64,000 nucleotides of DNA. It comes from Podarcis tiliguerta (Eukaryota). Numbering within the stretch: the first letter of the stretch is position 1; each line of letters opens with the position of its first letter. A model generated the notes under the pieces. That model searched no databases. It saw only the letters and a program-made list of their open reading frames with translations, and was not told the DNA's origin. The position numbers and the translations under genes were made by a program. The stretch is taken from the NCBI GenBank assembly GCA_965153285.1, contig OZ229116.1. One strand, given 5' to 3'. This document shows, piece after piece, positions 26,061 to 40,207 of this stretch.

Positions 26061-26294
26061 TAGAATCATAGAGTTGGAAGAGACCACAAGGGCCATCGAG
26101 TCCAACCCCCTGCCAAGCAGGAAACACCATCAGAGCACTCCTGACATATGGTTGTCAAGCCTCTGCTTAAAGACCTCCAAAGAAGGAGACTCCACCACAC
26201 TCCTTGGCAGCAAATTCCACTGTCGAACAGCTCTTACTGTCAGGAAGTTCTTCCTAATGTTTAGGTGGAATCGTCTTTCTTGTAGTTTGGATCC
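26061..26294 (-). mobile_element. 5'-truncated copy of the same young CR1 family
   Basis: reverse complement of ~42965-43198 with about 3 substitutions; tail TAGAATCATAGA. Confidence 0.95.
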
Positions 26295-27515
26295 TGGCCT
26301 ACTAAAAAGCATGTGAATAGGACTGTACCATGACTCTAGGTAGGCATTCAAATCTGACTGTATGATAATGCCACTGAAGGCAACTGAACCTCATTGAAAG
26401 TGAGGGCGTTGCTTTCTGAAGCAGTCACTTACATAATTCCAGCCAGCTGCAGTTGTACATCAATTTAAAAGCATATCTCATTTACAAAATGCTCAAAGAT
26501 GTTACATTTTAAAAGTTAAAGAATACGTGCGAAATGGACTGATGAAGAAACAAAGTTAGGTATCCCAGGCGGAGTATCATAACTCATTTCAAGTTTAAAT
26601 ATAAAGTAGCTAGTTCTGTACCCTATAAAATAGGGATGAGGAATGTGTGGCGCTTTGGATGTTGTTCACTACAACTCCTGTCATTTTCTTTGCTATGCTG
26701 ATTGGGGCTGATGGGACTTGGCACCCAACAACTTCTGGAGGACCTCAGATTCTCCACTGCTGTTATGAATAGAGTCTTGAAATCTGACTAGAGGCATTGC
26801 AATGTGGTTGAAGACCCATGAAGCACCGTCTGCTGATGCCCAACGAGAATCAGAAAATCCCTGCACCCTCTCTTCACCTCCCTTCTGTGGGCAAAAGGGT
26901 AGCACTAGAATGAGAAGTTGTGGGTCAGCAGTAGGAATAACTTCTAGGAAATCTCTGTCTTCATGGTTGACCTAAATTCTGTTTTCAGCAGTTTGGTCAT
27001 GTTGAACCTTTTTTCCTATTTCCCCTGCCACACACACCTTCAGCAATGAACCTAAACAGTGAACTTTGAATCAAAGAATTTTATTCCTATAGCTGGAATT
27101 CAACCCGATGGAAAACTTGTCCATTCTTGGCGAACAATTTTTTTAAGATCTTCCATTGTATCACAGCTTGAAGGCAGTGTCAAGGAAGGGATAGCATTTC
27201 ATTTTTCTCCGATTAGCTATTTCCCCTTTGAATCTAGTAGTCTGGCACTGAGACACAATACATTAAATATAGGCTTTGTAAAAATCAAAGCTGCTTTTGT
27301 TTTCAAAGCGCAATAGATCTTGGTTTAACTTTCTTCAAGGGATTTCTCTAGTTCAAGAAATTTGAAGGCAAACGCTCTGTCTCCCAATTTGTGCCACAGA
27401 TAGACGAGTGTTTTGAGGTCAGTCCTGAACTCTGCATTAAGTATAGTTAAATGGCTGAAGGAGACACAGTAGCAGGAAGAATTCCCTTCCTTCTCTGCTC
27501 CCACAATTCTGTGTA

Positions 27516-27738
27516 CAGTGGTACCTCAGGTTAAGTACTTAATTCGTTCCAGAGGTGCGTTCTTAACCTGAAACTGTTCTTAACCTGAAGCACCACTTTA
27601 GCTAATGGGGCCTCCTGCTGCTGCTGCGCCACCGCACGATTTCTGTTCTCATCTTGAAGCAAAGTTCTTAACCCGAGGTACTATTTCTGGGTTAACGGAG
27701 TCTGTAACTTGAAGCATATGTAACCTGAGGTACCGCTG
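27516..27738. mobile_element. Tigger/pogo-type MITE family B
   Basis: same TIRs and body, TA flanks. Confidence 0.88.
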
Positions 27739-28724
27739 TACTAATTAAACATTCTTTTCATAAAAATCCATTGTGCAAATGTCAAAGCTGATGTTTGGTA
27801 TGTTGTTTAAAAATGAAGGCCATACCATGAATATCAGCACAGCTTCTTGTCCATGGCTGAGGATGGAACGGCACCTTATATGCAGCATGGAAGTATTGCC
27901 AAAAATGGCTCCCCTCCTGTTTGAGTTTCCCCCTCTGCTCCATAACATTTAGGCTCACTTAAGCCAGCAGGTGCCCGCCACATTTTTTTTTTAACTACAA
28001 CTCCCATGCGCCTTGGCTATTGACCATGTTGTCTGGGAGTTCTAGTCCAAAATATCAAGAGGGGGGGCACCAAATTGGGGAAGACTGATTCAGTCTATAT
28101 CATGATATCACCAAGTTGTGAGTTTCCCTGCCTTTAGCAATGGGAGCCAATAATATGGAGTGAGACATGAAGTCTCATGACTTGATAAAAACACATCACA
28201 GGGTATGTTCCTTATTTTCTTATTTCTTTCTTTCCTTCATTATTTCATCTTTCTCTTCTCCTGTCTCCTAATTTATCCCTTCTCTATCTCCTTTTCTCTT
28301 TCTCTTTTCTTTTTAGTTTTTGGTTTTATTCAGATTAACATTTTAATGTTGATAAAAAATATAATAAATAATATTTGTGTTCCTTATTCCAAACTCTAAT
28401 AATTTTTTTTTTTAAATGCAATTTTGAAGCACCTCCATGTGACACACAATATGTAATTCCAGCCTATATGACTGTGCTGAATTAATCCAAGAAGTCTGCT
28501 GCATGACCTTGCAGGCAAGAGAAAAGGCAGGGACAATTCCAATTAGACATACATGTTCAATAATGCATAGTCAAAACCCTTAGCCAGTGGTCTGCTTGTG
28601 GACTACTAATGGAAATAAATCCTTATTTTGAGCCAAGAACTAATATATAGCTATGTCTCTGTAAACAACTCAAAATCACTGCAGAGGTAAAGCCCTAATT
28701 ATTTGTTGTTTTGCTTTTTCACAG

Positions 28725-28823
28725 GTTTTGAGCCTGGCTCCTAATGACGGCTTTGCTAAAGTGCATTATGGCTTCATCCTGAAGGCAGAGAACAAGATTG
28801 CAGAAAGCATTCCCTATTTAAAA
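28725..28823 (+). CDS. ASPH: ASPH exon (VLSLAPNDGFAKVHYGFILKAENKIAESIPYLK)
   Basis: matches ASPH; AG/GT; 99 nt. Confidence 0.95.
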
Positions 28824-28934
28824 GTAATATTTACATTAGGATCTCCTTCTTTTGGAAAGCACAATAAATGGAGGAAATGATATGTGAAGGGTCAAAATTG
28901 TACTATTTAATATTAGAGGGTCGTGAAAACCTCC

Positions 28935-29275
28935 TTTCCCCATATCCTGACCCAGATCCTGTGATCACCATCTGAGACCCTTTTTCATGTGCCTCCTCCA
29001 CGAGAGGTTCAGAAGGTGGCAACATGAGAATGGGCCTTTTTTGCAGTGACTCTCCACTTGCAAAATGCTTTCCCCAGGGCACCAGGTGCCTTTGCTACTT
29101 ATCTTTAGGCACAAGGCAAAACAGTCCTCTTCTCCCATACCTTTGGCTAATTAAACAATCAATGGACTTTTTAACTGCGGGGTGTCTTGGGGGTTTTTGT
29201 TTCAAAAATGGTATACATTTTTGTGTTTTTATATTGTAAACTGCCCTGTGATCCTTGGATGAATGGTGGTATAGG
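28935..29275 (+). mobile_element. L2 LINE 3' end relic
   Basis: GGGCCTTTTT.CAGTG..CTCC..CTT..AATGC and TGTAAACTGCCCTG 3' motifs. Confidence 0.55.
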
Positions 29276-30050
29276 ATGATGATGGTTATTGTTATTACTA
29301 CTACTACTGCTATCACTACTATGTTGATCCATCCCCTGGATGCAAGATCTCTTTTCCAGCATGGGGCTTCAGGTCAGTTATTTAGCACTGCAGCTTACTC
29401 CCTGCCCTCCAAGAACCAGTTCACACAACCATGTTTGAGATGGTTCTTCTGAAGCAAGTTCCCATGTAGAGACATTTTCACAAGTCCATATAATCATGTG
29501 AACATTTGTGGGGGAAACACACCATGGCCACTCTCCACCTCCATTAGAAATAGTAGAGTTGGCACACAATAGTAGAGAAGACATGGGGAAAAGAGGGTGA
29601 TAGATAATTGATTATGCATCCTTTGAAGGAACAGAAAGCGTGTACACTATAATACATTATAGGAATTTTAAGATAATATATCTTTGAGAAAGAATTATAT
29701 AAATACAAGTATCCTATATAGTAGTAATTGACTTACTATCTGCATGTGGGTCTTTAGGCAGCCCAAATGACAGTACAATTTAATGTATAAGCAGCCTTGG
29801 GGGATCCTTAAAGTTTTCAGAAGTACAAGAAATCTTTATGGTGGGGGAGCCCCAAAACAGCTTGATGGACATGGAATGATGGAAAAATTGAAAGCTGGGG
29901 AAATGGAATAGAGTTTCCTAGTAAAGGCCATAGCTGGCTCAAATCCTGAATAGCAGCCATCCACGCTGCTACATTTTGTTAGCTGTGGAACTGAAAAGCT
30001 TTTTTAAAACACAAAAATGAATAACTGGCATTCTTTTCTGATTCCTCTAG

Positions 30051-30140
30051 GAAGGTCTAGAATCAGGAGACCCAGGCACTGACGACGGGCGCTTTTATTT
30101 CCATTTGGGTGATGCCATGCAGAGAGTTGGAAACAAAGAG
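30051..30140 (+). CDS. ASPH: ASPH exon (EGLESGDPGTDDGRFYFHLGDAMQRVGNKE)
   Basis: matches ASPH; AG/GT; 90 nt. Confidence 0.95.
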
Positions 30141-31520
30141 GTAGAGTTTAATGGAGGTTCAATGAGTTTCATCTGAAAAGGCAAATAAGATCTGAGTTGA
30201 CTTTGGCCCTAATGTGTCCAGAGTGTGAGATTGGTCAGGAACCTGAAGCAGGAAGCGCAGCAAAGAGCCAAACTCCAAATGTCATCAGAGGCTATGATGA
30301 AATTGCAGGTTGTTAAGCAGACAGAAGGGTTCAAGGGAAGACTTGGAAATAAATAGGGCTGTGGTCTTAGTCAAACCAATTAGAAGAGGCTGACTCTACC
30401 TAGGGAACAAGAGCTGGGTATAAATCCAATTCAGCTTTTGCATTAATTCACACAGCCAAAATTCCTAAAGCTTTTTACGTGGACCATAACAAAAGGCTGA
30501 ATGGTCGGAGGCACCCTGCATAAAGAAGTGGGAAATTCCCCGTGCAGTGGTGTCTTTGAGATGGCATTGCAATGGGTGAAATCCAATATAAGTTACCCTA
30601 ATACACTTAGCTGGATCACACCAAACTGCTTCCTAGTTACTGATGTTTAAGTAGGATTCCCCCACCTCATTTCTTCTGTAAGGAAGTGCATAGAAATGGC
30701 TACAGAGAAGAAGCTTAGTTAATTGCCCCCCCCCCTTTTTTTTTTTTACTTCTAGCAGCATTGCTGCAAAGACATCTTAAAACCTATTTCTCTTTACCTC
30801 TGTGTCTTTAGAGACCAGTATATTGAGTTCCTTTCTTTGTGATGTAGTTGAGCAGCTTACTGGTTATAGGATTGTGGATTGACATTAGGGACAAAATCTT
30901 AAAGAAAACTTTCAGCATATACTTTTTGATTAATTTCTGCACTTCTGGTTATGTACTGAAGTAGGGATGAGGAATCAGATTCAGCTGCAAGGCCAGACCC
31001 TGGCATCCCACAACTCTCGTGGGCCACTGTGGGTGTGGTTTTGCAAAATGGCCTCACCACTTAACTGCCAATACTGGTAGCTTTCTTGTAGATATTATCC
31101 ATGGAAGGCAGATAGATTTTTATTTTTTTTACAGGAGGTAGAGAAGATGTCTTTGTTTTTTGTGTTTTATTGCAAATGGGCAGAACTGGAGCAGCATCCT
31201 AGTAGGAATTTCTATAGGCACATCCATATTCCACGTGGATGGTGGGTATGCTTGAGTGCCACTGAATTATTTGGTGCTGCAGGTTTTCATGGAAAAGATC
31301 TTAAATTGTTTGTATCCACCTCTGTTCTCTTTTCCCAGATCACTGCATCTCAGCTGGTTATTTGTGATGATGCTATAGGGGAACAATCGCTAAGCAGGCA
31401 GATAGCATCATTAGCATGCACAGAGGAATTTGCTAGCATATGATATTTGTTATTGATTTATCCTTTTCTGCTGAAGTGTAACTAATGTAAATGAGCTGTT
31501 AACAAATTAAAATCTTCTAG

Positions 31521-31658
31521 GCATACAAGTGGTATGAACTTGGGCACCAGCGGGGTCACTTTGCATCTGTCTGGCAGCGCTCTCTCTACAATGTCAAGGG
31601 TTTAAAGGCTCAGCCATGGTGGATAGCAAAGGAAACAGGTTATACAGACCTGGTCAAG
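31521..31658 (+). CDS. ASPH: ASPH exon (AYKWYELGHQRGHFASVWQRSLYNV...YTDLVK)
   Basis: matches ASPH; AG/GTGAG; 138 nt. Confidence 0.95.
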
Positions 31659-34600
31659 GTGAGCAGTATGCCTTCTTTTACTTTATAGATTGTTATCAGC
31701 AGAAATTTCTGCATATTGCATGATGCCAAAAAGAAAACTGAAATTATTTGCAAGCACAATGCATACATAGAAAAATGCAAGAGGGAAAATATAGGAGATA
31801 AAAGTACAAAATAATCATAATCAGGATAAAAATCTACATTTCATTAATTCTCCTATATAGATTTTTGTCTGAAGTAGATTCCACAGCTGCAGTTCTCTGA
31901 ATACATACCTGGAATTAAATCTCATTAAACACAGTGGAACTTACTTCTCAGAAAGCATGCATAAGATCAGACTTCAGCAGATCGAACAATATGCTGCTTT
32001 ATTCCTTGTGACTGACACCTAAGCTTGGTTCCAGACTTGAGTCATACTTAGAGTAGACCAACTGAAATCAGCAGGACCTAAGTAAGTCATGTGACTAACT
32101 TGATTTCAGTGGGAGCCATAGTCCATTGTGCGACATTCCTTCTTCTGCTAAGGGAATGAGTTGTGGAAGTGAACGAACACAAAAAAATGTACACGCTGGA
32201 CCACTTGAGTTTTTATGGCCATAGTAAGTCTGTAATTTACACTAATTACTGGGAGGCAAGCCTTAAATTGCTGAATGTTGTAATTAGTGGATAACATGCC
32301 GGTTTGTTTTCCCTTGTGCTCTCATAACTCTTAGAGGCTTCACTGGGACGTTTAATTGCAGAAGGTAGACAACATCAGGCCAACTGAATAAATACAAAAC
32401 TCAGACAACAGAGAAGAAACTCATCACTGTTTGTAGCCCTTGAGATAGACAGCTAAATTATTTATAATCACTATTCTCTGCTATTGTTAAAATACAATTT
32501 AGACTCTGTTATTAAATCATCAATTATTGTTCTTTTTTCAAAACGTCAGTGAGATTTCCATTTCTAGGACAGATTATAGAGGAACTTTAGAGGCTGCCAT
32601 CTATTTTAATTGTTTGCTTTTTTTCTTAATGTTCCATGCTAATAGAAAGAAGACTTATACTCCCTCCCCCTTTCAACAGGATCACACACATTATTAAATT
32701 TTGTTGTCCCTGTAAAAGGCTAAAACATCTGGTTTTTCTGAACATGCTTTAATGTTAGCATGGATAATGTTCCCTTACAAGAAATGTTCTCTAGCATGAA
32801 TATCCTCATTCATTTTGACCATCAGCACGCTTTCTTGTAGGAAAGCCCTGTTGAAATCAATGGTCCGTAGGATAAGTTTGCACACTCAAAGCTCAGGTGG
32901 GCTTCTTAAATCTGCATCCCATGATGGAATAGTCTGGCTGTTTTGGAGACTAAATGAACCTTTATTTGTTTATTTTTGTTCCCCCCAAGAGAGCTAATGC
33001 CTTATTCAAGAAGTAGCAGACAGACCTGAAAATAACAATGTTTCAGAGCAGCAGACATAATGCTATTTCTTTGGAAGTGATCCATTTTTGTTCACTTGTA
33101 CCCACATATATTTATAGGTACACACAGAGAGAATGAAATTCTTGCACTGTCTGGAAAAGATCTGAGCTACCTTAAAATACTTGATGTTTTGAATCTTCAC
33201 AGTTTTTTTATTTGCTAACAAATATATTCACAAAAGCCCAAAACTTCTAGAAGCAGAAATCCCCACAGAGGTAACAAAAACATTGTCTTGGATCAAGGAA
33301 ACTTTAAAGAGCCATTTTCCACTCCCACCTGCTCCCATTGTGGGTATGTTAACTTTTTGTAGGCATACTTTTGAACGCTTGGGTCCATTACATACAAAAC
33401 TTGCATAGACAAAGATGCAAAGCATTGCAGTACTTGGAAGACATTTTTTAAAAAAAAAAAAAAAATCAGTATATAATTTTCACAAAGACAGACCAACTAC
33501 ATGTGGGGGCACTTTCTTCTTTTGTTGCTGATTTTGGTAACTTAGTTTGAGCCAGATGGGGTCTCATTGTCCAAATTCAGTCTCCCCAAGCCTTCATGTT
33601 TGTAATTTTCTATTAATTTGTATATGCACCCCCCAAAAAAAATCTTTCTGGAGAAAGTACCAAATAATGCCTTACATCTCCCACCTCAGATTTAATTTTA
33701 AATGAGGGAATTGGACATTATCTTCAGGTATCCTGATATTCTTTCCAATGTCACGTATTTCATGTTGTTCTATTTTTAGTAAAAAGAGCAAAAAGCTTTT
33801 CTCCATGTGGAATCACAGCCGTGTAATCAGTCTAGCTAATATTTGCTAACTATAAAAAACAGAAACCTGAGTGAGATGCATGAAGCATCATGATGAAGCA
33901 GTGCAGTGATACAGTACTAGAGGGGCTGTTCCTTGGGTAATACTGTCAACTGATGTTTATCCGTGCTGTTTTGTATGCATAACAGCCTATGCTTCTGCTG
34001 ATGCACGTATATATTTTGCTCTAATTGGTGTTATGTTTTAGATGCCTGAAGTAGCTTGCACAGTTGGAAGTTTGCCTAAGGAATTAGAAATATAAGTTGC
34101 GAAGACATATGAGAAGAACATTTGTAGTCCTCATGCTTCCATGTTAATGCTGTATAAAATTATTTCAATATTTGAAAAAAGGTAATTCTAGTAATGAGCT
34201 GTGTTTTTGCTGCAAGCGAAAAGTGCCATAACGTTCTCAGGAGAGTAGTAACAAGCTTAATAAAGACAGCTGTTTCAGTCATTTGTGCTTCTATTTCTTC
34301 TTACCTATTAAAACTGAGAAATCCAGACAAGTTTTCTCTCTGAAGCCCATGCAATCCAAATTTGTGAATTTGTTTGCAGAAAAGGTGCTCAAAACAAACT
34401 GACTTGGTGGCCTTTGACCTTATGTACAGTGCAAAGTATTTGTCTTATTCATATTCAGTCTATTCAGTGTTGAGCCCGGTTTATAGACTAATGTTAAAAA
34501 TGTATTTTAATGTGTGTCTGTCCTATTTGTATGTAAATCTGGCTGTGGAGTGTAAGATGCAAAGCATTGAAGAGGCATAACAGTGCTGACCCTTCCTTGA

Positions 34601-37600
34601 AGCTCCCACACTCACTTCCAATTGCTTTCTTCCCAGCTGGCCCAACTTCCAGTATCAAAGCCCACTTTGGAGCAAAGCGATTCAAAGGATGGTCTTTGAG
34701 ACTAGCAGTGGTGGATTCATCACTCCATGATCATGTGCCTGTTTGGTCTTCTGAATCACACTCTCCATGCTAGCTTTCCATCTAAATAGGGTGGGTCTGT
34801 GTTTGGAAACACAGTTTTGCTCACATCACATGCTTTTTGTGCCTCCGTTTAACATCATGGAAGTTAATATTGCTTAATAGGGGCTTAGGCACAGACTAGA
34901 TGCCATGGTTTGCACATGATGGGCCCTTATGTGCTTGATTTCTGTTCATTAAATAGTAGTTGCAGAGGGACCAGGATTATTCCTTTCATGGTCCTAAGCC
35001 AGATCACTCCTCCCAAGCTATTTAGTAAAACAACCCCCCCCCCAAAAAAAAATGCAAGGGAGAAGCAAGGGCATACTATGCTGTCTAGTTTGGCTTTTGA
35101 CTATGGTTACTGTTTAGCCAAGACTAAACTATTTCACCTGTGCTTCAGTTCAGGTGTATCTGACAGTACTGGGGAGTGTGTGCTGAGAATAATCAACTTG
35201 AATCCACTTTGCCCCACATTCAGCCCTTCAGGGGATACATGTCCCAGCTCCAGTGTGCTGTGCATGCCTGCTCCACTCCTGACCAAGCCCCACTGATGTG
35301 CTGATGTGAAGAGAAATGCTGCCTTTTATTTTGCGCAAAATGATATGTAAAAAGCAAAGTTTTCAGCCACCCCTCACGGCAGCATTGGAGTAGGGAGAGC
35401 TGGAAATGCTGTGTGTGTGTGTGTATTTGTAATATATTTGTATACACACATACCTAGGCCACACCTACCGCTATCATGCAGCTCTCAGAAAGGTAGCTGA
35501 CCATCAGTGAGGCTCTCAGGCTGAAAAGGTTCAGCCACCCTTTGTCTGCACAGACTGGCATCAGCTCCCCAAATTTCTCTGCAAGTGCTGTCTGGAGATG
35601 GTTCCTGAGAGCTTTTCCAAGTGAAGCATTTTGTTTTCATGTGTTCAGGCTAAATACTTGAAGACGGCTAGCTATTTCATTTATTTTACTTAAATTCCTT
35701 AGAAGTTCAAAGTGCCAACGATTCAAAAAAAAAGTAATATAAAACAATCGCACCTAATAATGAAATATTAGCATGAGAAACTAGGACCACAATAACAATT
35801 ACAAGGCAGCCATCGGAATTAAAACATCAGCATACCAAACATACCCCAAAGGAGGAAGTGTTCAGCCAAAAGCCACCCAAAACAGTTACACCCAAGGGAA
35901 CCTGGCACAACTCGCTTGGCAAGGCAGTCCAGGATTCATCCTTATTGAATCGCAGCACTGCACAGGCCATAAGAAAATCACCATCCTTATCTGTGTTTCA
36001 GATAAGGAAAGCTTGCGTTTAACTTGAGTAAAGTTGTTCCCTGTGTTGGTGAATTGATATTCCCTTACCTGATCCTTTCAGCTTCTGTTCTGACATCCTA
36101 TAGTACATTATTATTGATTCAAGCAAATCAAGTGGTACCTTTGTCAGTCCTCAGTACATTGTTTAGATTACATACAGATCATTAAAAGTACCGTCAGTTT
36201 ATTCTAGTGTCATCAGAAATATTGTTGGCAGCAAAAAGAAAGAAAGAAAGCAGGTAACTTTGTACATTTTCCTAATAATGCTGCTTTGACATTTAGGAAG
36301 GATCACAGCAGTGCCATTCTTAGATAATAACCAAGTAACTGGAAATGATTGATTAAACAATGTTCTATATTGTCAGTTTGCAAAGCAATCTGGAATGTCT
36401 TTGACCTGTGTGATTGAGTTAGTTACCATGCAGATTTCTTTCTACACTTGAGGAAGGCTCAATAATGGTGCACATATTTCACACAAATGAGGATACCTGA
36501 GCTTTCCCCAAGCTTTTCGGGGAATGAATCTCAAGTGACTGAAGAGCTAGTATCCATGTAGAACTGAAATTCATATCTGTTGACCACCAGAGTTGAGCAT
36601 TCTGCATAAGAGAGACCATGATTCAGTTCCCTTTTCTCCGACACCTTGTTACACTGGGCATTGCCAGGTGCTGGTATCAGTCATTAACCACAATATATTT
36701 GCATTGCTCTTTGGAAATGAAAGCAGTGCCCAATTAATTGCATGGCACATAATCTGGCTTTGCAAGTGCCTCTGTGATGTTAAATAGCAAAAGAATTGCT
36801 TGGCAGACTGATGCACGAATTAAACCATTTAGGCAACAGGAGATAAAGATTCTGTTTTGCTGATGAAATTAAGTTGTAAATTAAGAGGATTAACTCTGCT
36901 TAACATCAATAAGTACATAGAGAATCTGTGGAAAGCTTTGTCTGGGAAAATGTGATGATGGCAAGTGCTATTGGTTGCTTGAGTTAAGTTTGTGGACTAA
37001 AAACAATGCCATTACCCTTCCTTTAGGGAATTCATGTAATGCCATTAAACAGTATGTGGGTGAGACAGAGGTGGGAAGGCCTTGGGATCTCAACATTTAT
37101 CGTATTGCTGTAGGAGTTACTCCTTCTTGATGCTTTAGCAGCAAATCAGAAATTTGAGGGAAGTGCTCTGGAAGACAGGTGCTCCTCTTTGCACCTTGGG
37201 CTATGGGAATGCTCTGCTCTCTCAACTTGTCTGGGGCCAACTCTTGCAACAGAGTGGAGTGGGGGGGAGGAGCACTGAGGATTTCACATGTCATTACAGA
37301 CTTAAAAGACATGTGTACATTGTGCTGCATTTATTTCTGGAATTCAAAGTATTGTTCTCAATGCTCTGTTAGCTCTCTTGGTATTGAAAACTCTGGTGCG
37401 CTGTGACTGTGAAGATCAATACTCTTGTTAGCGCATAGTATAAAATGATCTGCTGAACACCCCCCTCGGCTAATCAAAAGCAAATTAAAGTGGAGGCCAC
37501 TTTGGTAGGTGGCTGGGGATTATTGAAATTTTTATGATGCGAAGGTAATTGAAACTAAGAAACTACATGGATCGTTTTGTTTTAAACCCTTAACTGAATG

Positions 37601-37737
37601 AAAAATGGAAAATGGAAAGGTTGTTAACGATGCTAAATGCTTTCTTACTGCTACTGTGTATTTTTAAGGTAAAAATAAATCAGAATGCTCTTTAAATACT
37701 AAATTAATGTATTATTTGGTATTTTTTGCCTTTTCAG

Positions 37738-37873
37738 TCCTTAGAGAGAAACTGGAAGGTGATTCGAGATGAAGGACTTGCTGTGATGGATAAAGGAAAA
37801 GGGCTCTTTCTGCCTGAAGATGAGAACTTGCGGGAGAAAGGTGACTGGAGCCAGTTTACTCTCTGGCAGCAAG
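37738..37873 (+). CDS. ASPH: ASPH exon, oxygenase domain (SLERNWKVIRDEG...WSQFTLWQQ)
   Basis: matches ASPH; AG/GT; 136 nt. Confidence 0.95.
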
Positions 37874-39173
37874 GTTTGTAAGCGCTAATTTCCTCCTCTC
37901 TCCGGTCACTCAGTTTCCATGCTGCAATTTTAATAAAAGCTGTCCTTTTAATGGAAATGGGTTTGTTCCTGTGAAGTCAGACTGCAATAAAATGAAAATG
38001 CATGGCTGTTCTACAGCAAGTGCTGGATCCAATCTATTTGGGCCAGGTGGCCTCAGTGGGCCCACATCCTCCTTGACACTATCACCACTTTTTGTTCACT
38101 TGTCCTTTCTCTCTGTGACCAATACATTCAGCCTCACAAAGGGAGGGGATGAGGCAAGTGGAAGCTGCTTACCCTTCTCATTCCTGCCATTGCCCACTTT
38201 TGTGCAAGGACTGGGGGAAAGGGACTGACAGCAAAAAAGAGGAACAGCAAGTCCAATAGGCACTCGAGACTTCCTGATACGAGGATCATGCTTGTCCACA
38301 TGGCAGTAAAAAGTTAGAAATTGTCCTATGCATAGAGAAGCAGTCTTCTTTTTCCCTTGATCACTTCCTTTCCAGCAGAGTGATGTACTATCAGGCTCGA
38401 GGGATTCTCTCCTCCCCCCGCTAGCATCAAGGATCAAAGAAGAAACAAGAAAGTTCATATATGTGGTTTTATTCAGTAATCGTGGAGCAAGGAAAACAAT
38501 CCAGTCCTTAACTCCGTGGTGACGTTGCTCACTCTGAGCCCATCCCCTTTCTCCAGCAACAGCCCGTGGCTCTATGGGAAGCTTCAGGAGTCAAATGTCG
38601 TTGAGCCCTTTGCTCTTGAATTCTAAGTGAGCAATGAGTATGTGGTGGTGGTGGAGGAGCTTCTGTTCTCTCCAAGGAAGTCTCTGTTGGCATTTCTCCA
38701 ACTCCTCCTCCTTCTCCTAAGATCTCATAACTTGGAAGCTCTGCGTTTTGCTGTAATACAATCCTCTCTCCCACTTCTCTTGAAACTACTGGAGATCCCC
38801 CCCCTAACCCTCCTCCTCCAAGGGAAGCAGAGGAGAAGGAGGAGGCGATTCCCAAACCTCTTCTTCAGTCCAGTCCCTGACATGTACATAAGAACATTAG
38901 AAGATCAGGCCCAAGGTCCATCAGTGTTTGCAGGGCAGCGGCTGAAGAAGGAGCCAAAAGGGGTTTCTTGTGTGTGTGATTCTTGTGGCTGATTAGCTGC
39001 TTTCCCTGGTCAAAGGTCAGAGGGGGCAGGGTTTCTGTTGAGGCAGGTGATTAGCTGTGGGAGGAGCTTATCAGTGTTTGCAGGGCAGCGGCGCACGCCT
39101 ATCGGCGCGCGCAGTTTGAACCATCTTTTAGATTTAGGGGAGCTAGTCTCAAGCCCAACGACACATTCTCAAG

Positions 39174-40202
39174 ATGGAGGGGGAGGGAACAGCTGCAGTC
39201 GCCTGCGGTTCCTGCGCAATGTTTGCCATCTTGCCAAAGGTTGCAGGCAGCTTTACGTGCAGCAATTGCATGTTGATTGCCCTCCTAAAAGACAAAGTCC
39301 AGCAACTGGAGGAACGTGTAGCTACGCTCCAAAGAATTAGAGAGCTGGAGCTCTTCTTGGAAGCAACAGAGCACACCGTCTCCACCAAGGAGGAGACAGG
39401 AGACTCCCCTGGGAAGGAGGCTAGTTCACCAACACAGGAGCCCGATATGTGGAGAAACGTGACTCAAAGAAGTAGGAGGCCCAGGGTTCGCTCTGATTGT
39501 CTAGAAATACACAATCGCTTTGAGGTCCTCTCCCCTAGCATGGAAGACGAAGAGCAGACTCCATTTGAGGATCTCTCCCTCATTACAGTCGATCACGTAT
39601 ATGAAGATGAGCAGCAAAGTCAGTCCTCAGGGAATGTGCAGGCGACCTTGGAACGGACTGCTCACGGAAGAACCCTGACCAAACCTAAGAGAAGGCGTGT
39701 AGTGGTGATAGGGGATTCCCTACTGAGGGGAACAGAAGCAGTGATCTGTGGGCCTGACAAGATGTCTCGGGAAGTGTGCTGTCTCCCCGGGGCTAAGATC
39801 CAAGATGTAACTGAACGACTGCAAGGAATCATAAAACCCACTGACAAATACCCCTTCCTCTTGGTTCATGTGGGAACCAATGACACTGCAAGCAATAGCC
39901 TCCAGAAGATCAAAAGAGACTACGAGGCTCTGGGCAGGAAATTGAAGCAATTAAATGCACAAATCGTCATCTCATCTGTCCTCCCAGTTGAACGACGTGG
40001 CCCAGGGAGAGAGAGGAAAATAGTGGAAGTAAACAGCTGGCTTCGCAAATGGTGTAAACAGGAACGGTTTGGATTCTTAGATCACGGACTGCAGTTTCTT
40101 GAGGATGGACTTCTGGCAAGCGATGGGCTGCACCTCACAACGGTTGGGAGGAATGTTTTTGCCAAAAAACTAAGAAACCTCATCAGGAGGGCTTTAAACT
40201 GA
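39174..40202 (+). CDS. CR1 ORF1p: CxxC..CxxC zinc finger, coiled coil, SGNH/GDSL esterase
   Basis: CGSC/CSNC, leucine heptads, [16 protein letters not shown] and DGLHL motifs. Confidence 0.92.
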   Translation: MEGEGTAAVACGSCAMFAILPKVAGSFTCSNCMLIALLKDKVQQLEERVATLQRIRELELFLEATEHTVSTKEETGDSPGKEASSPTQEPDMWRNVTQRSRRPRVRSDCLEIHNRFEVLSPSMEDEEQTPFEDLSLITVDHVYEDEQQSQSSGNVQATLERTAHGRTLTKPKRRRVVVIGDSLLRGTEAVICGPDKMSREVCCLPGAKIQDVTERLQGIIKPTDKYPFLLVHVGTNDTASNSLQKIKRDYEALGRKLKQLNAQIVISSVLPVERRGPGRERKIVEVNSWLRKWCKQERFGFLDHGLQFLEDGLLASDGLHLTTVGRNVFAKKLRNLIRRALN

Positions 40203-40207
40203 CTAAT

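Noticed and set aside
38529-38992. GC/CT-rich ORFs upstream of the CR1
   Set aside because: Low-complexity translations with no splice or homology support.
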